Positions 38,421 to 47,346 of a stretch of 64,000 nucleotides of DNA are shown in pieces (the first letter of the stretch is position 1; each line of letters starts with the position of its first letter). Both the position numbers and the translations under genes were made by a program. The stretch comes from Candidatus Marinacidobacterium sp. (lineage in GTDB: Bacteria; Acidobacteriota; Vicinamibacteria; Marinacidobacterales; Marinacidobacteraceae). The stretch covers positions 32,001 through 96,000 of the forward strand of contig OZ244852.1 of the NCBI GenBank assembly GCA_965220965.1, read 5' to 3'. The notes under the pieces were generated by a model. It saw only the letters and a list, made by a program, of their open reading frames with translations. It made no database searches and was not told the origin of the DNA.

Positions 38421-40760
38421 GTGATGGCGGGGAAGTCCGGCGGCGCGAAAACCGGCGCCCGACTCCCGCTCGGCGAGCAGCGCGGCCCGGGGTCCCGCGA
38501 GGTCCAGCTCGCCTCGGTCACCGAGGAGCGCTACCGCACCTATGCGCTGTCGGTCATCACCTCGCGCGCCCTCCCCGATGTCCGCGACGGCCTGAAGCCG
38601 GTCCAGCGGCGGATCCTGGTCGCCATGTGGCGGCAGGGGTTGCGGCCCGGCGGGCGGCACCGCAAGTGCGCCAAGGTCGTCGGCGACGTCATGGGCGCCT
38701 ACCACCCCCACGGCGACTCCGCGATCTACGACGCGCTCGTCCGGCTGGCGCAGCCGTTCGCGTCGCGCCTGCCGCTGGTGGAGGGCTCGGGCAACTTCGG
38801 GTCGCTCGACGGCGACCCGCCGGCGGCGATGCGCTACACCGAGTGCCGCCTCCCGCCGGTCGCCGACGACCTGCTGGGCGATCTCGCCTCCGACACCGTT
38901 CCCGACCGCCCGACCTACGACGGCGCGCGCACCGAGCCGGTCGTTCTCCCCACCCGGCTCCCGCTGCTGCTGATCAACGGCTCCACCGGCATCGCCGTCG
39001 GCGTCGCGACCTCGATCCCGCCGCACAACCCCGCCGAGACGCTCGATGCGCTCATCGCGCTCCTCGACGACCCGAAGTGCTCCGACGAGGAGCTGGCGCG
39101 CCTCCTCCCGGGTCCGGACTTCCCGACCGGCGGCGAGATCCTCGATCCGCCGGAGAAGATCGCCGAAATCTACCGGAGCGGTCGGGGCTCGCTGCGGGTC
39201 CGCGGGGTCCTCGAGGACCAGGGCGCCCGCGGCCGGGTCCGGACGCTCCACATCACCTCGGTTCCGTACGGCGTGGACAAGGCGCAGCTCGTCCAGCGCC
39301 TCGGGGAGATCGTGGCGGACCGCTCGCTCCCCGCTCTCCTCGACGTGAGCGACCTCTCCACCGACGACGTCCAGATCCGCCTCGAGGTCCGGCGCGACGC
39401 GCCGGTGGACCGGATCGTCGCGTTCCTCTCGAAGCGCACCCCGTTCCAGTCCTCGGTGTCGGTGGACCTCACCTGTCTCCGGTTCGAGGGCTCGTCCGGC
39501 GGGGTTCCGGAACGCGTCGGCGTGCGGACGCTGCTCGCCGACTTCCTCGATTTCCGGCGCGAGGTCGTGCGGCGACGGCTCGAGGACGAACGGTGCCGAC
39601 TCGCGGCCCGCCTCCATCTGCTGGACGGGTTCTCGCTGGTCTTCGACGCGCTCGACCGGGTGCTCGAGATCGTGCGGGCCTCGTCGGGGAAGGCGGACGC
39701 CGCCCGGAAGATCATGGCCGAGCTGCCGCTCGACGAGGCCCAGACCGATGCGATCCTCGAACTCCGGGTCTACCGCCTCGCCCGCCTCGAGATCCGGGTG
39801 CTGCTCGACGAGATGAAGAAGCGCAGGGCCCGGCTGAAAAAAGTGGAGTCGCTGCTGAAGACCGCCCGGAAGATCAACGCCGAGGTGCGCCGCGAGCTCG
39901 TGGAGGTCCGGGAGCGCTACGCGGAACCCCGCCGCACGAGCTTCGCCACCGGTCCCGAGCCCGCCGACTTCGCCGAGGAGGAGCTCCTTCCCGACGAGGA
40001 GGCGATCGTGGTCCTCACCCGGGACGGCTGGATCCGCCGTCAGCGCGAGATCCGCGAGCTCGAGAAACTCCGCCTCCGCGAGGGGGACGAGCTGCTCGCG
40101 CTCGAGCCGGGGAACACCCGCGCCGCGGTCGCGCTGTTCTCGTCGCGGGGGGCGGCGTTCACCACGCGGATCGCCCGCGTCCCGGCGAGCGCCGGGTACG
40201 GCGACCCGGTCCAGACGCTGTTTGCGCTGGGGGACGGCGAGCGGATCGTGTCGCTGCTCAGCCTCGACCCCCGGTTGCTCCGGCGGGCGGGGCGCGGCGC
40301 CGTTCCCGAGCAGGCGGTGGCGGTCACCCGCTACGGCTACGCCCTCCGCTTCCGGCTCGCCGGACACGCCGAGCCCTCCACCCGTCGGGGGCGGCGGTTC
40401 GCCCGGCTCAAGGAGGGCGACGAGGTCGTGGGGGTCGTCCCCACCCTCGATGCGGGTACCCTGATCGTGGCCACCGAGGGGGGCCGCGCCCTCCTTTGCG
40501 ATGTGGAAGAGATCAACCTGCTCGCCGGGAGCGGGCTGGGGGTGCGGGCGATCTCGCTCATGGCGGGAGACCGCGTGCTCGGGTTCCGGGTGGCGTACCG
40601 GAAAGAGTCGCTCACGGTGACGACCAAGGGGGGGCAGACCCGCCACCTCGACGCCGGGCGCTTCCGCGTCGGGACGCGCGGCCGGCGCGGGACGCAGGTC
40701 GCGGTGAGCGGGTTCGCCGGGGTCGTGGCGCCGGTGGAGCTTCCGGAGCCGCTCGAATGA
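38421..40760 (+). CDS. Type IIA DNA topoisomerase subunit A (GyrA/ParC family, topo IV-like)
   Basis: [38 protein letters not shown] catalytic Tyr, GPDFPTGG, C-terminal beta-pinwheel without a canonical GyrA-box. Confidence 0.92.
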   Translation: MMAGKSGGAKTGARLPLGEQRGPGSREVQLASVTEERYRTYALSVITSRALPDVRDGLKPVQRRILVAMWRQGLRPGGRHRKCAKVVGDVMGAYHPHGDSAIYDALVRLAQPFASRLPLVEGSGNFGSLDGDPPAAMRYTECRLPPVADDLLGDLASDTVPDRPTYDGARTEPVVLPTRLPLLLINGSTGIAVGVATSIPPHNPAETLDALIALLDDPKCSDEELARLLPGPDFPTGGEILDPPEKIAEIYRSGRGSLRVRGVLEDQGARGRVRTLHITSVPYGVDKAQLVQRLGEIVADRSLPALLDVSDLSTDDVQIRLEVRRDAPVDRIVAFLSKRTPFQSSVSVDLTCLRFEGSSGGVPERVGVRTLLADFLDFRREVVRRRLEDERCRLAARLHLLDGFSLVFDALDRVLEIVRASSGKADAARKIMAELPLDEAQTDAILELRVYRLARLEIRVLLDEMKKRRARLKKVESLLKTARKINAEVRRELVEVRERYAEPRRTSFATGPEPADFAEEELLPDEEAIVVLTRDGWIRRQREIRELEKLRLREGDELLALEPGNTRAAVALFSSRGAAFTTRIARVPASAGYGDPVQTLFALGDGERIVSLLSLDPRLLRRAGRGAVPEQAVAVTRYGYALRFRLAGHAEPSTRRGRRFARLKEGDEVVGVVPTLDAGTLIVATEGGRALLCDVEEINLLAGSGLGVRAISLMAGDRVLGFRVAYRKESLTVTTKGGQTRHLDAGRFRVGTRGRRGTQVAVSGFAGVVAPVELPEPLE

Positions 40761-40779
40761 GGCGGCGGGAGGCCCGGCG

Positions 40780-42726
40780 GTGAGCCCTTCGGCCCGCGCG
40801 AACGCCCGGGGGGGCGAGACGGACTACTCGGCCAAGGACATCACCGTCCTCGAGGGGCTCGAGGCGGTCCGGAAGCGCCCCGGGATGTACATCGGGGGCG
40901 TGGACGCCGACGGCCTCCACCACCTCGTCTGGGAGATCCTCGACAACGCGGTCGACGAGGCGATGAACGGGCACGCCTCGACGATCGACGTCACGCTCCA
41001 CCGCGACGGCTCGGTGAGCGTCCGGGACGATGGCCGCGGCATCCCGGTGGACCTGCACCGGCCCTCGCGCCGGCCGGCGATCGAGGTGATCCTCACCACG
41101 CTCCACGCCGGCGGCAAGTTCGAGCGGGGGGCGTACCGCGCCGCCGGCGGCCTCCACGGCGTCGGCGCCTCGGTGGTGAACGCCCTCAGCGCCTCGCTCA
41201 CCGCGACCGTCTGGCGCTCCCGGAAGAAGTGGCGGATCGCCTTCGCCCGGGGGAAGCGGGTCTCGGAGCTCCAGAATCTGGGGCCGGCGCGGGGACGCGG
41301 GACCGAGGTCCGGTTCCTGCCGGACCCCCAGGTGTTCGACGATCCCCGCCCCGACGCCGACCGCATCGCCGAACGGCTCGAGGAGACCAGCTTCCTGCAC
41401 CGCGGCGTCCTGCTCACCTTCACCGACGAGGAGCGCGGAGAAACCCGGAAGTGGCGGCACGAGCGCGGTCTCCGCGACTACTTCGAGGCGCTCGTCGAGC
41501 GGCGGAAGCTCACGCTGGCGCACGAGGCGCCGTTCGAGTTCGAGAAGGATCCGCTGACCGGGGAAGGCCGGCTCGAACTGGCGCTCGGCTGGACCGAGTC
41601 GCCCCGGGAGGACTTCCGGAGCTACGTGAACGGGATCCCCACCGGGTCCGGGGGCTCCCACGAGGCGGGGCTGCGCGAGGGGCTGGCCCGCGCGGTCCGG
41701 CAGTACCTGGAGACCGGCAACCGGACGCCCCGCGGGCTCACGGTGACCGCCGATGATGCGCGCGAAGGCGTCCTCGCGGTGCTCAGCGTCTTCCTGCCGG
41801 ATCCCCGGTTCCAGGGGCAGACGAAGGACCGGCTGAACAACCCGGAGATCCGCGCGCCGGTGGACACCGCGGTCCGGGCGGCGCTCGAGAAGTGGCTCCA
41901 CCAGTCCCCGACCGCCGCCGAGCGGATCACCGGCCGGGTGGTGCTCGCGGCGCGGTCGCGCGAGGCCTCGCGGGCGGCGATCCGGTCGGTGCGTCGGCGG
42001 CCGGAGTCGCGCGCCCGCACCGTGCTGCCGGGGAAGCTGAGCGACTGCGCTTCCCGCGATCCGGGCGAGACCGAGATCTTCATCGTCGAGGGAGATTCGG
42101 CCGGCGGCTCGGCGAAGCAGGCGCGCGACCGCGTCCGCCAGGCGGTCCTGCCGCTGCGCGGGAAGATCCTGAACGCCGCCCAGGCGACCCCGGGCAAGGT
42201 GGCCGCGAACGCCGAGCTGCGCGACATCGGCCTCGCGCTCGGGTGCGGGACCGGCGACCGCTGCCGACCGGACCGCCTCCGCTACCGGCGGATCATCCTG
42301 CTCGCCGACGCGGACGCCGACGGCCACCACATCACGACGCTGCTGCTCGCCTACTTCGTGAACTACCTCTGGCCGCTGCTCGCCGAGGGTCGGGTCTACG
42401 TCGCCCAGCCGCCGCTCTTCCGCCTCGACTTCGGCGGAGAGGTGGAGTGGGCCGCCGACGACGCCGAGCGCGACCGGATCCTCGGCGCCAAGCCGAAGAA
42501 CGCGAAGCCCCCCACCATCACCCGGTTCAAGGGGCTCGGCGAGATGCCGCCCAGGATCCTCTGGAACACGACCCTCAACCCGAAGACGCGGAACCTGCTC
42601 CAGGTGGAGGCCCCCGACCCGAAGGCGGCGAAGGAGTTCATCGAGGCCCTCATGGGCAGGGACCCGGCGGTGCGCCGCACGCTCATCCGGTCCGGCGCGC
42701 CGGACCCCGCCGCGCTCGATCTCTAG
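40780..42726 (+). CDS. Type IIA DNA topoisomerase subunit B (GyrB/ParE family)
   Basis: LEGLEAVRKRPGMYIG, EILDNAVDE, DDGRGIP, LHAGGKF, EGDSAGGSAK, PLRGK, DADADG, RFKGLGEM. Confidence 0.95.
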   Translation: MSPSARANARGGETDYSAKDITVLEGLEAVRKRPGMYIGGVDADGLHHLVWEILDNAVDEAMNGHASTIDVTLHRDGSVSVRDDGRGIPVDLHRPSRRPAIEVILTTLHAGGKFERGAYRAAGGLHGVGASVVNALSASLTATVWRSRKKWRIAFARGKRVSELQNLGPARGRGTEVRFLPDPQVFDDPRPDADRIAERLEETSFLHRGVLLTFTDEERGETRKWRHERGLRDYFEALVERRKLTLAHEAPFEFEKDPLTGEGRLELALGWTESPREDFRSYVNGIPTGSGGSHEAGLREGLARAVRQYLETGNRTPRGLTVTADDAREGVLAVLSVFLPDPRFQGQTKDRLNNPEIRAPVDTAVRAALEKWLHQSPTAAERITGRVVLAARSREASRAAIRSVRRRPESRARTVLPGKLSDCASRDPGETEIFIVEGDSAGGSAKQARDRVRQAVLPLRGKILNAAQATPGKVAANAELRDIGLALGCGTGDRCRPDRLRYRRIILLADADADGHHITTLLLAYFVNYLWPLLAEGRVYVAQPPLFRLDFGGEVEWAADDAERDRILGAKPKNAKPPTITRFKGLGEMPPRILWNTTLNPKTRNLLQVEAPDPKAAKEFIEALMGRDPAVRRTLIRSGAPDPAALDL

Positions 42727-42842
42727 TTCGGGCGCCCGCCAGACTCGCGGAGCGGCCCATCGCTGCCTGCGGAGCGTCGCGACCTCGGGCCACTGACGCC
42801 AGTTGACCCTGCTTCGGGCGCTCTGGTAAACCTCGTTGCCGC

Positions 42843-43151
42843 ATGTCCATCCTGAAGCGCATGGACTGGAAGTCGTTCTGGGGCGGCTTTGCAGCGATCG
42901 GTTGTGGACTGGTTCTGAGCGATGCGGGGGGTCTGATGGAGCGCTACCGGATGACGGACCCGGGGTCGCCAGAGGGCCATTCGGCGCAAATTCGGGAATG
43001 CCGGGAGACGATCCGGCAGCTCGAGGAAGAAAAGTTCCGGGCGGAAATGGAGTCGCTGCATCGCGAACTGGTCCCGGGGCTGCGCGAGCCCATTCCGGGC
43101 CGCGAGGAAGCGTCTGCGGGAGCCGCGGGTCCTTCCTCCGGGTGCGGGTAG
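42843..43151 (+). CDS. Small membrane-anchored coiled-coil hypothetical protein
   Basis: Hydrophobic WKSFWGGFAAIGCGLVL, then ECRETIRQLEEEKFRAE. TTGACC...TGGTAAACC promoter-like sequence upstream. Confidence 0.55.
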   Translation: MSILKRMDWKSFWGGFAAIGCGLVLSDAGGLMERYRMTDPGSPEGHSAQIRECRETIRQLEEEKFRAEMESLHRELVPGLREPIPGREEASAGAAGPSSGCG

Positions 43152-43168
43152 CCGAGGCAGGCGCCCTG

Positions 43169-43489
43169 ATGTTCCGCACACTCCGCCCCGGGAAGGCAGA
43201 GGGGCCCCCCGGGACGCGTCCCGCACCATCGTGGTGGCGAGACCGGATGAGTCAACCCAGGAACTGGTCCTTTCTCGCCGGCGGCATGTTCGCGCTGAGC
43301 GCGTGGATCGTCGTGATCGAGACGGACGATCGACTGTCCTGGCGGGCAGAGAACAGACTGCGGTCGGAATCCGCCGAGTGCCGGTGGGAGGCGAGAGACC
43401 TGCGGCGCGAGCTGGACGCGCTCCGGCAGGCGTTGCGGACGCAGGACGAGGCGGCGGCCGCCGAACCGGGGACCGACTCCCCGCCCTGA
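43169..43489 (+). CDS. Small membrane-anchored coiled-coil hypothetical protein (possible paralog of upstream gene)
   Basis: NWSFLAGGMFALSAWIVVI, then ECRWEARDLRRELDALRQAL. GAGG RBS. Confidence 0.55.
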   Translation: MFRTLRPGKAEGPPGTRPAPSWWRDRMSQPRNWSFLAGGMFALSAWIVVIETDDRLSWRAENRLRSESAECRWEARDLRRELDALRQALRTQDEAAAAEPGTDSPP

Positions 43490-43492
43490 AGT

Positions 43493-44557
43493 TCAGCTCA
43501 CCGCGAAGCGGATGACGAGCACATCCCCGTCCTGGACCGGGTAGTCCTTCCCTTCGAGACGGAGCGCCCCTTTGGCGCGGGCGGCGTCCCACGAGCCGCA
43601 TTCGACCAGCGTGTCGTAGGAGACGACCTCGGCGCGGATGAACCCCCGCTCCATGTCGGAGTGGATCGTTCCCGCCGCCGCCTGGGCGCGGGTGTTCCGC
43701 CGGATCAGCCACGCCCGCGCCTCGGTCTCGCCGGCGGTGTAGAAGGTCGCCCGGTCCATCAGCTCGAAGACCGCCCGCAGGATGCGCTCGGTGGCGCCCG
43801 CCTCGATCCCCAGGTCGGAGCGGAACTCCTGTGCGTCCGCTTCGGGCAGCTCGGCGATCTCCTGCTCGATCCGGGCCGAGACCGAGGTGAGCCGCGTCTC
43901 CGGCCGGGCGGCGAAGTCCTTCAGTCCCGGGAGCTCCGCCGGGTCGCTCGCGACCTCGTTCTCGCCCTGGTTGACGACCAGCAACTGGGGCTTGGCGCTC
44001 ATCAGCCCGTAGCCGCGGAGCCGGTTCCGGTCCTCGCGCGAGAGCGCCTGGCGGAGCGGGCGCTCCGCCTCCACCGCCTCGCGGGCCGCCTCCAGCCGGT
44101 CGTACTCGCCGCGATTCGCCTCCGGCTTGCCGCGGGCCCGGTCGTTCTTCAGCCGCTCCATGCGCTTCTCGAGCACCGCAAGGTCGGCCACCAGCAGTTC
44201 CAGCTCGAGGTTCTCCGCATCCCGCGCCGGGTCCACCGAGTCGAACGGCGAGGCGACCATCGGGTCCTCGAACGCCCGCGCCACATGGACGATGACGTCC
44301 ACGTCCCGGATGGCGGCGAGGTTCTCGGTGGCGCCCGAGACGCCCCGGCGGAGCGCCGGGAGCAGCACGAGCTCGAGTGTCGCCGGGGTGATCTTCGGCG
44401 AGGCGTGGAGCCGGGCGAGCGTGTCGAGGCGCGCATCCGGGACCGCGAGCACGCCGCGCCGGGCCTCCCGCGTGTATCCCACCGCCGCCGCCTGCGTCAG
44501 CAGCGAGAACAGGGTCTTCTTGCCGGAGGCGGCGAACCCGACAACTCCGGCGCGCAC
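43493..44557 (-). CDS. ychF: YchF/Ola1-like P-loop NTPase (degenerate motifs, DUF933 C-terminus)
   Basis: VPDARLD, HVARAF, LELELLVADL, TFYTAGETEARAW, AAGTIHSDMERGFIRAEV, LEGKDYPVQDGDV. Confidence 0.85.
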   Translation of the reverse strand: MRAGVVGFAASGKKTLFSLLTQAAAVGYTREARRGVLAVPDARLDTLARLHASPKITPATLELVLLPALRRGVSGATENLAAIRDVDVIVHVARAFEDPMVASPFDSVDPARDAENLELELLVADLAVLEKRMERLKNDRARGKPEANRGEYDRLEAAREAVEAERPLRQALSREDRNRLRGYGLMSAKPQLLVVNQGENEVASDPAELPGLKDFAARPETRLTSVSARIEQEIAELPEADAQEFRSDLGIEAGATERILRAVFELMDRATFYTAGETEARAWLIRRNTRAQAAAGTIHSDMERGFIRAEVVSYDTLVECGSWDAARAKGALRLEGKDYPVQDGDVLVIRFAVS

Positions 44558-44593
44558 GGCGGCGAATGCTAGTGCGAAGTCCCTCGCGGGACT

Positions 44594-45301
44594 TCAGGAG
44601 CGCGCGGGCCGGGCGCCGGATCGTTTTCGCAGGAAGGGAAGCAGCGCGAGGAAGAACATGCCCACCCCCAGGAACTCGAGGAAGACGAGGTACCAGGGCC
44701 AGGGCAGGAAGAAGAACGGGGACACGGTCCCCGGCGGCGGGCTGCTCAGGAAGAGGTAGTTCGTGCCGAGGAGAACGTTGGCGACGGCGGCGACGACCGC
44801 CAGCAGATTCAGATAGACGATCGAGCGGACGAACCCCTTGAGATCCGGCCGCATGCCGAGGCCCCAGGTGGCGAACACCACGCCGCCGAAGATGCCCGAG
44901 TGGGCGATGAAGTACTGGAAGAAGCGGTACTCGGGGAATCCGACGTCCAGGTTCCCGGGGGTGAGCACGGCGTTGCCCGCGCCCACCAGACCCCAGAAGT
45001 AGACGATCTCGTAGAGGCGCTGGTTGGGCCGGATCAGCGTCGCGATCGTGAGCAGAACCGCCGCTCCGCACAGGTTGAGCGGCAGGTGGTAGCGGAGGAA
45101 CCCCCCGAGGCCGACCTCGCCGACCCGGATGGTCCAGTAGACGAGTTCGTTCGCCAGCATCATCAGCGCCCAGCCGAGCGCGATGGCCCGGGCGGTTCGC
45201 GCATCTCTCCGCCGCGCGATCCACGCGAGCGCCACCGGCAGCAGCACCGTGAGCGCCATCGCCACCAGGTGGGGCGCAGCGAAGGTCCGGAACCCGCTCA
45301 C
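44594..45301 (-). CDS. YwaF/TIGR02206-type integral membrane protein
   Basis: F...H N-terminus, LPLNLC, A.LTP, FF..FIAH, NYLFL..PP, PWPWY. Confidence 0.8.
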   Translation of the reverse strand: MSGFRTFAAPHLVAMALTVLLPVALAWIARRRDARTARAIALGWALMMLANELVYWTIRVGEVGLGGFLRYHLPLNLCGAAVLLTIATLIRPNQRLYEIVYFWGLVGAGNAVLTPGNLDVGFPEYRFFQYFIAHSGIFGGVVFATWGLGMRPDLKGFVRSIVYLNLLAVVAAVANVLLGTNYLFLSSPPPGTVSPFFFLPWPWYLVFLEFLGVGMFFLALLPFLRKRSGARPARS

Positions 45302-45430
45302 GACCCGCGCGCCTCCGACGGAGCGTCGGTCCGCGTTCCGGATCGCCGGAGAAAGCCGCCCGTCACGGCGAGGGAATGTATCCGCAGTCCCGGCGACCCG
45401 ACGGGCGCCCTGGACGCTCTCGGGGGCGAC

Positions 45431-45460
45431 AAGTGGAAAAGAGTGGCAAATTGTGGTAGA
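45431..45460 (+). promoter_or_regulatory. MraZ operator: three GTGG boxes in 10-nt register
   Basis: aaGTGGaaaa gaGTGGcaaa ttGTGGtaga, in an AT-rich patch upstream of mraZ, overlapping a TG-n-TAGAAA -10-like element. Confidence 0.75.
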
Positions 45461-45558
45461 AACCGCTCTTATCCCGAGACTGCCGGACGGGTCCGCCCTC
45501 GAGTCGTCTCCGCAGCGTACTCGGGCGCGCCGGTCCGAACCTCCCGCTCCCCCATCCC

Positions 45559-45999
45559 GTGTTCCGCGGCAACCACCCCGCCACCGTGGACGCCAAGGGG
45601 CGACTCAAGCTGCCCCAGGCGTTTCTCGGGCCGCTGATGGAGCGGTACGGCCCCGACCTGTTTCTCACGAGCGTCGACGGGGAGAGCGTCTCGATCTATC
45701 CGCTGAAGATCTGGGAAGCCCTGGAGTCGCGGCTCGCGACCCGGGGCGACCTCGACCCGGCGAAGTCGCGGTTCCTGCTGCGGGTCAGCTACTTCGGCCA
45801 GCAGACCGCGATCAGCGCGCAGGGCCGGGTTCTCATCCCCTATCGGCTCCGCGTCGCGGCCAACACCTCGGGCCCGGTGGATGTCCTCGGCAAGGGCCGC
45901 TGTCTCGAGGCGTGGGACCACGAGAAGCTGCTCGCCCGGCTCGAGGCGAACCCGCCCTCCGAGGCCGACCGCGCCTTCCTCGGGGAGCTGGGGATCTGA
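45559..45999 (+). CDS. mraZ: Division/cell wall cluster transcriptional repressor
   Basis: MFRG....VDAKGRLKLP, QGRVLIP..LR, EAWD. First gene of the dcw cluster. Confidence 0.93.
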   Translation: MFRGNHPATVDAKGRLKLPQAFLGPLMERYGPDLFLTSVDGESVSIYPLKIWEALESRLATRGDLDPAKSRFLLRVSYFGQQTAISAQGRVLIPYRLRVAANTSGPVDVLGKGRCLEAWDHEKLLARLEANPPSEADRAFLGELGI

Positions 46000-46087
46000 G
46001 TCGCGCTCCGTGGCCCTCGCCCTTCGCGCGACCTCTCTCCGGGGAGCGCCGCCCGCCTCCGTTCTCCCCCTCGCGGGACCGTTCGGC

Positions 46088-46975
46088 ATGACCGGCGCGA
46101 GCCACCAGCCGGTGCTGGTGGCGGAGGTCCTCGACTGGATGGCCCCCCGCTCCGGCGGGCGCTACGTCGACGCGACCTTCGGACGCGGCGGACACTCGCG
46201 GGCGCTCCTCGACATGGCGCCCGGCGCCGAGGTCGTCGGGCTGGACCGCGACCCCGAGGCCGCCGCCGCCGCGCAAGACCTGGCCACCGCCCAGCCGGGG
46301 TTCCGCTTCCTGGCGGCCGACTTCGCCGACCTGCCCGGGGCGCTGGAGCGCGCCGGCTGGGACCGGGTGGACGGTCTGCTCCTCGATCTGGGCGTCTCCA
46401 GCCCCCAGCTCGAGGACGAGGCGCGCGGGTTCTCGCTTCGCCGCGACGGCCCCCTCGACATGCGGATGGACCCCGCGACCGGCGAACCGGCTTCGGCCCT
46501 TCTCGACCGGCTGGACCAGCCGGAGCTGGCGGACCTGCTCTACGCCTCCGGCGAGAGGCGGTCCCGGGCGATCGCCCGCCGCATCGCGGCGCGGCGGCCG
46601 CTCCGCACCACCGGGGACCTGCGCGCCGCCGTCATCGCCGCCACCGGGCCCCGGCGGGGCCGGCTGGATCCGGCCACCCGGACCTTCCTCGCGGTCCGGC
46701 GGGCGGTGAACCGCGAGGACGAGGCGCTGGCTTCGGTCCTCGCCTCGGGGCCGGACCTCCTGCGCCCCGGCGGGGTCATGGTCGTGATCTCGTACCACTC
46801 GGGGGAGGACGGACCGGTCAAGCGGCGCTTCCGGGATCTCGCCCGGGCCGGAGGGTTCCTCGTGGAGACCCGCCGGCCCATCCGTCCGGGGGACGAGGAG
46901 CGGGAGGCGAACCGCCGGGCCCGCAGCGCCTGCCTGCGCGTTCTGCGCCGCGCCGAGGGAGGCGGCGAGTCGTGA
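46088..46975 (+). CDS. rsmH: 16S rRNA m4C1402 methyltransferase
   Basis: HQPVL, DATFGRGGHS, DLGVSSPQL, GPLDMRMD, ISYHSGED, ARSA.LR. Confidence 0.95.
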   Translation: MTGASHQPVLVAEVLDWMAPRSGGRYVDATFGRGGHSRALLDMAPGAEVVGLDRDPEAAAAAQDLATAQPGFRFLAADFADLPGALERAGWDRVDGLLLDLGVSSPQLEDEARGFSLRRDGPLDMRMDPATGEPASALLDRLDQPELADLLYASGERRSRAIARRIAARRPLRTTGDLRAAVIAATGPRRGRLDPATRTFLAVRRAVNREDEALASVLASGPDLLRPGGVMVVISYHSGEDGPVKRRFRDLARAGGFLVETRRPIRPGDEEREANRRARSACLRVLRRAEGGGES

Positions 46976-47346
46976 GCCCCGAGCGCGACTTCGCCGTCGG
47001 CTACCACCCCCGGAACCGCTGGATCCGGCGGCGGATCGACCGCGTCCGCTACCGCCAGATGTTCGGCCTGTTCGCCGCCGTCGTGCTCGGTCTGCTCGCG
47101 GTGGCGGCCGCCGCCTGGCCGAGGCTCGAGGCGGCGCGGCTCGGCTACCGGATCGAGGAGCTCCGGACGATCCGCGACCAGCTCGAACAGGACATCCGCC
47201 GCTACGAGCTGCAGGTCGCCGAACTGACCGATCCGCGCCGGGTCGTCCGGCTCGCGCGCGAACGGGGGCTCGAGCCGGCGACCGCCGAAGTCGTGATCGA
47301 GGCGCCGTCTGACGGCTCGGCGGGCGCGTCGGGAGGGTCGCGGTGA
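46972..47346 (+). CDS. ftsL: Cell division protein FtsL
   Basis: Single TM, GYRIE.L coiled coil, L..P.RV...AR..GL; lies between rsmH and ftsI. Confidence 0.85.
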   Translation: MSPERDFAVGYHPRNRWIRRRIDRVRYRQMFGLFAAVVLGLLAVAAAAWPRLEAARLGYRIEELRTIRDQLEQDIRRYELQVAELTDPRRVVRLARERGLEPATAEVVIEAPSDGSAGASGGSR

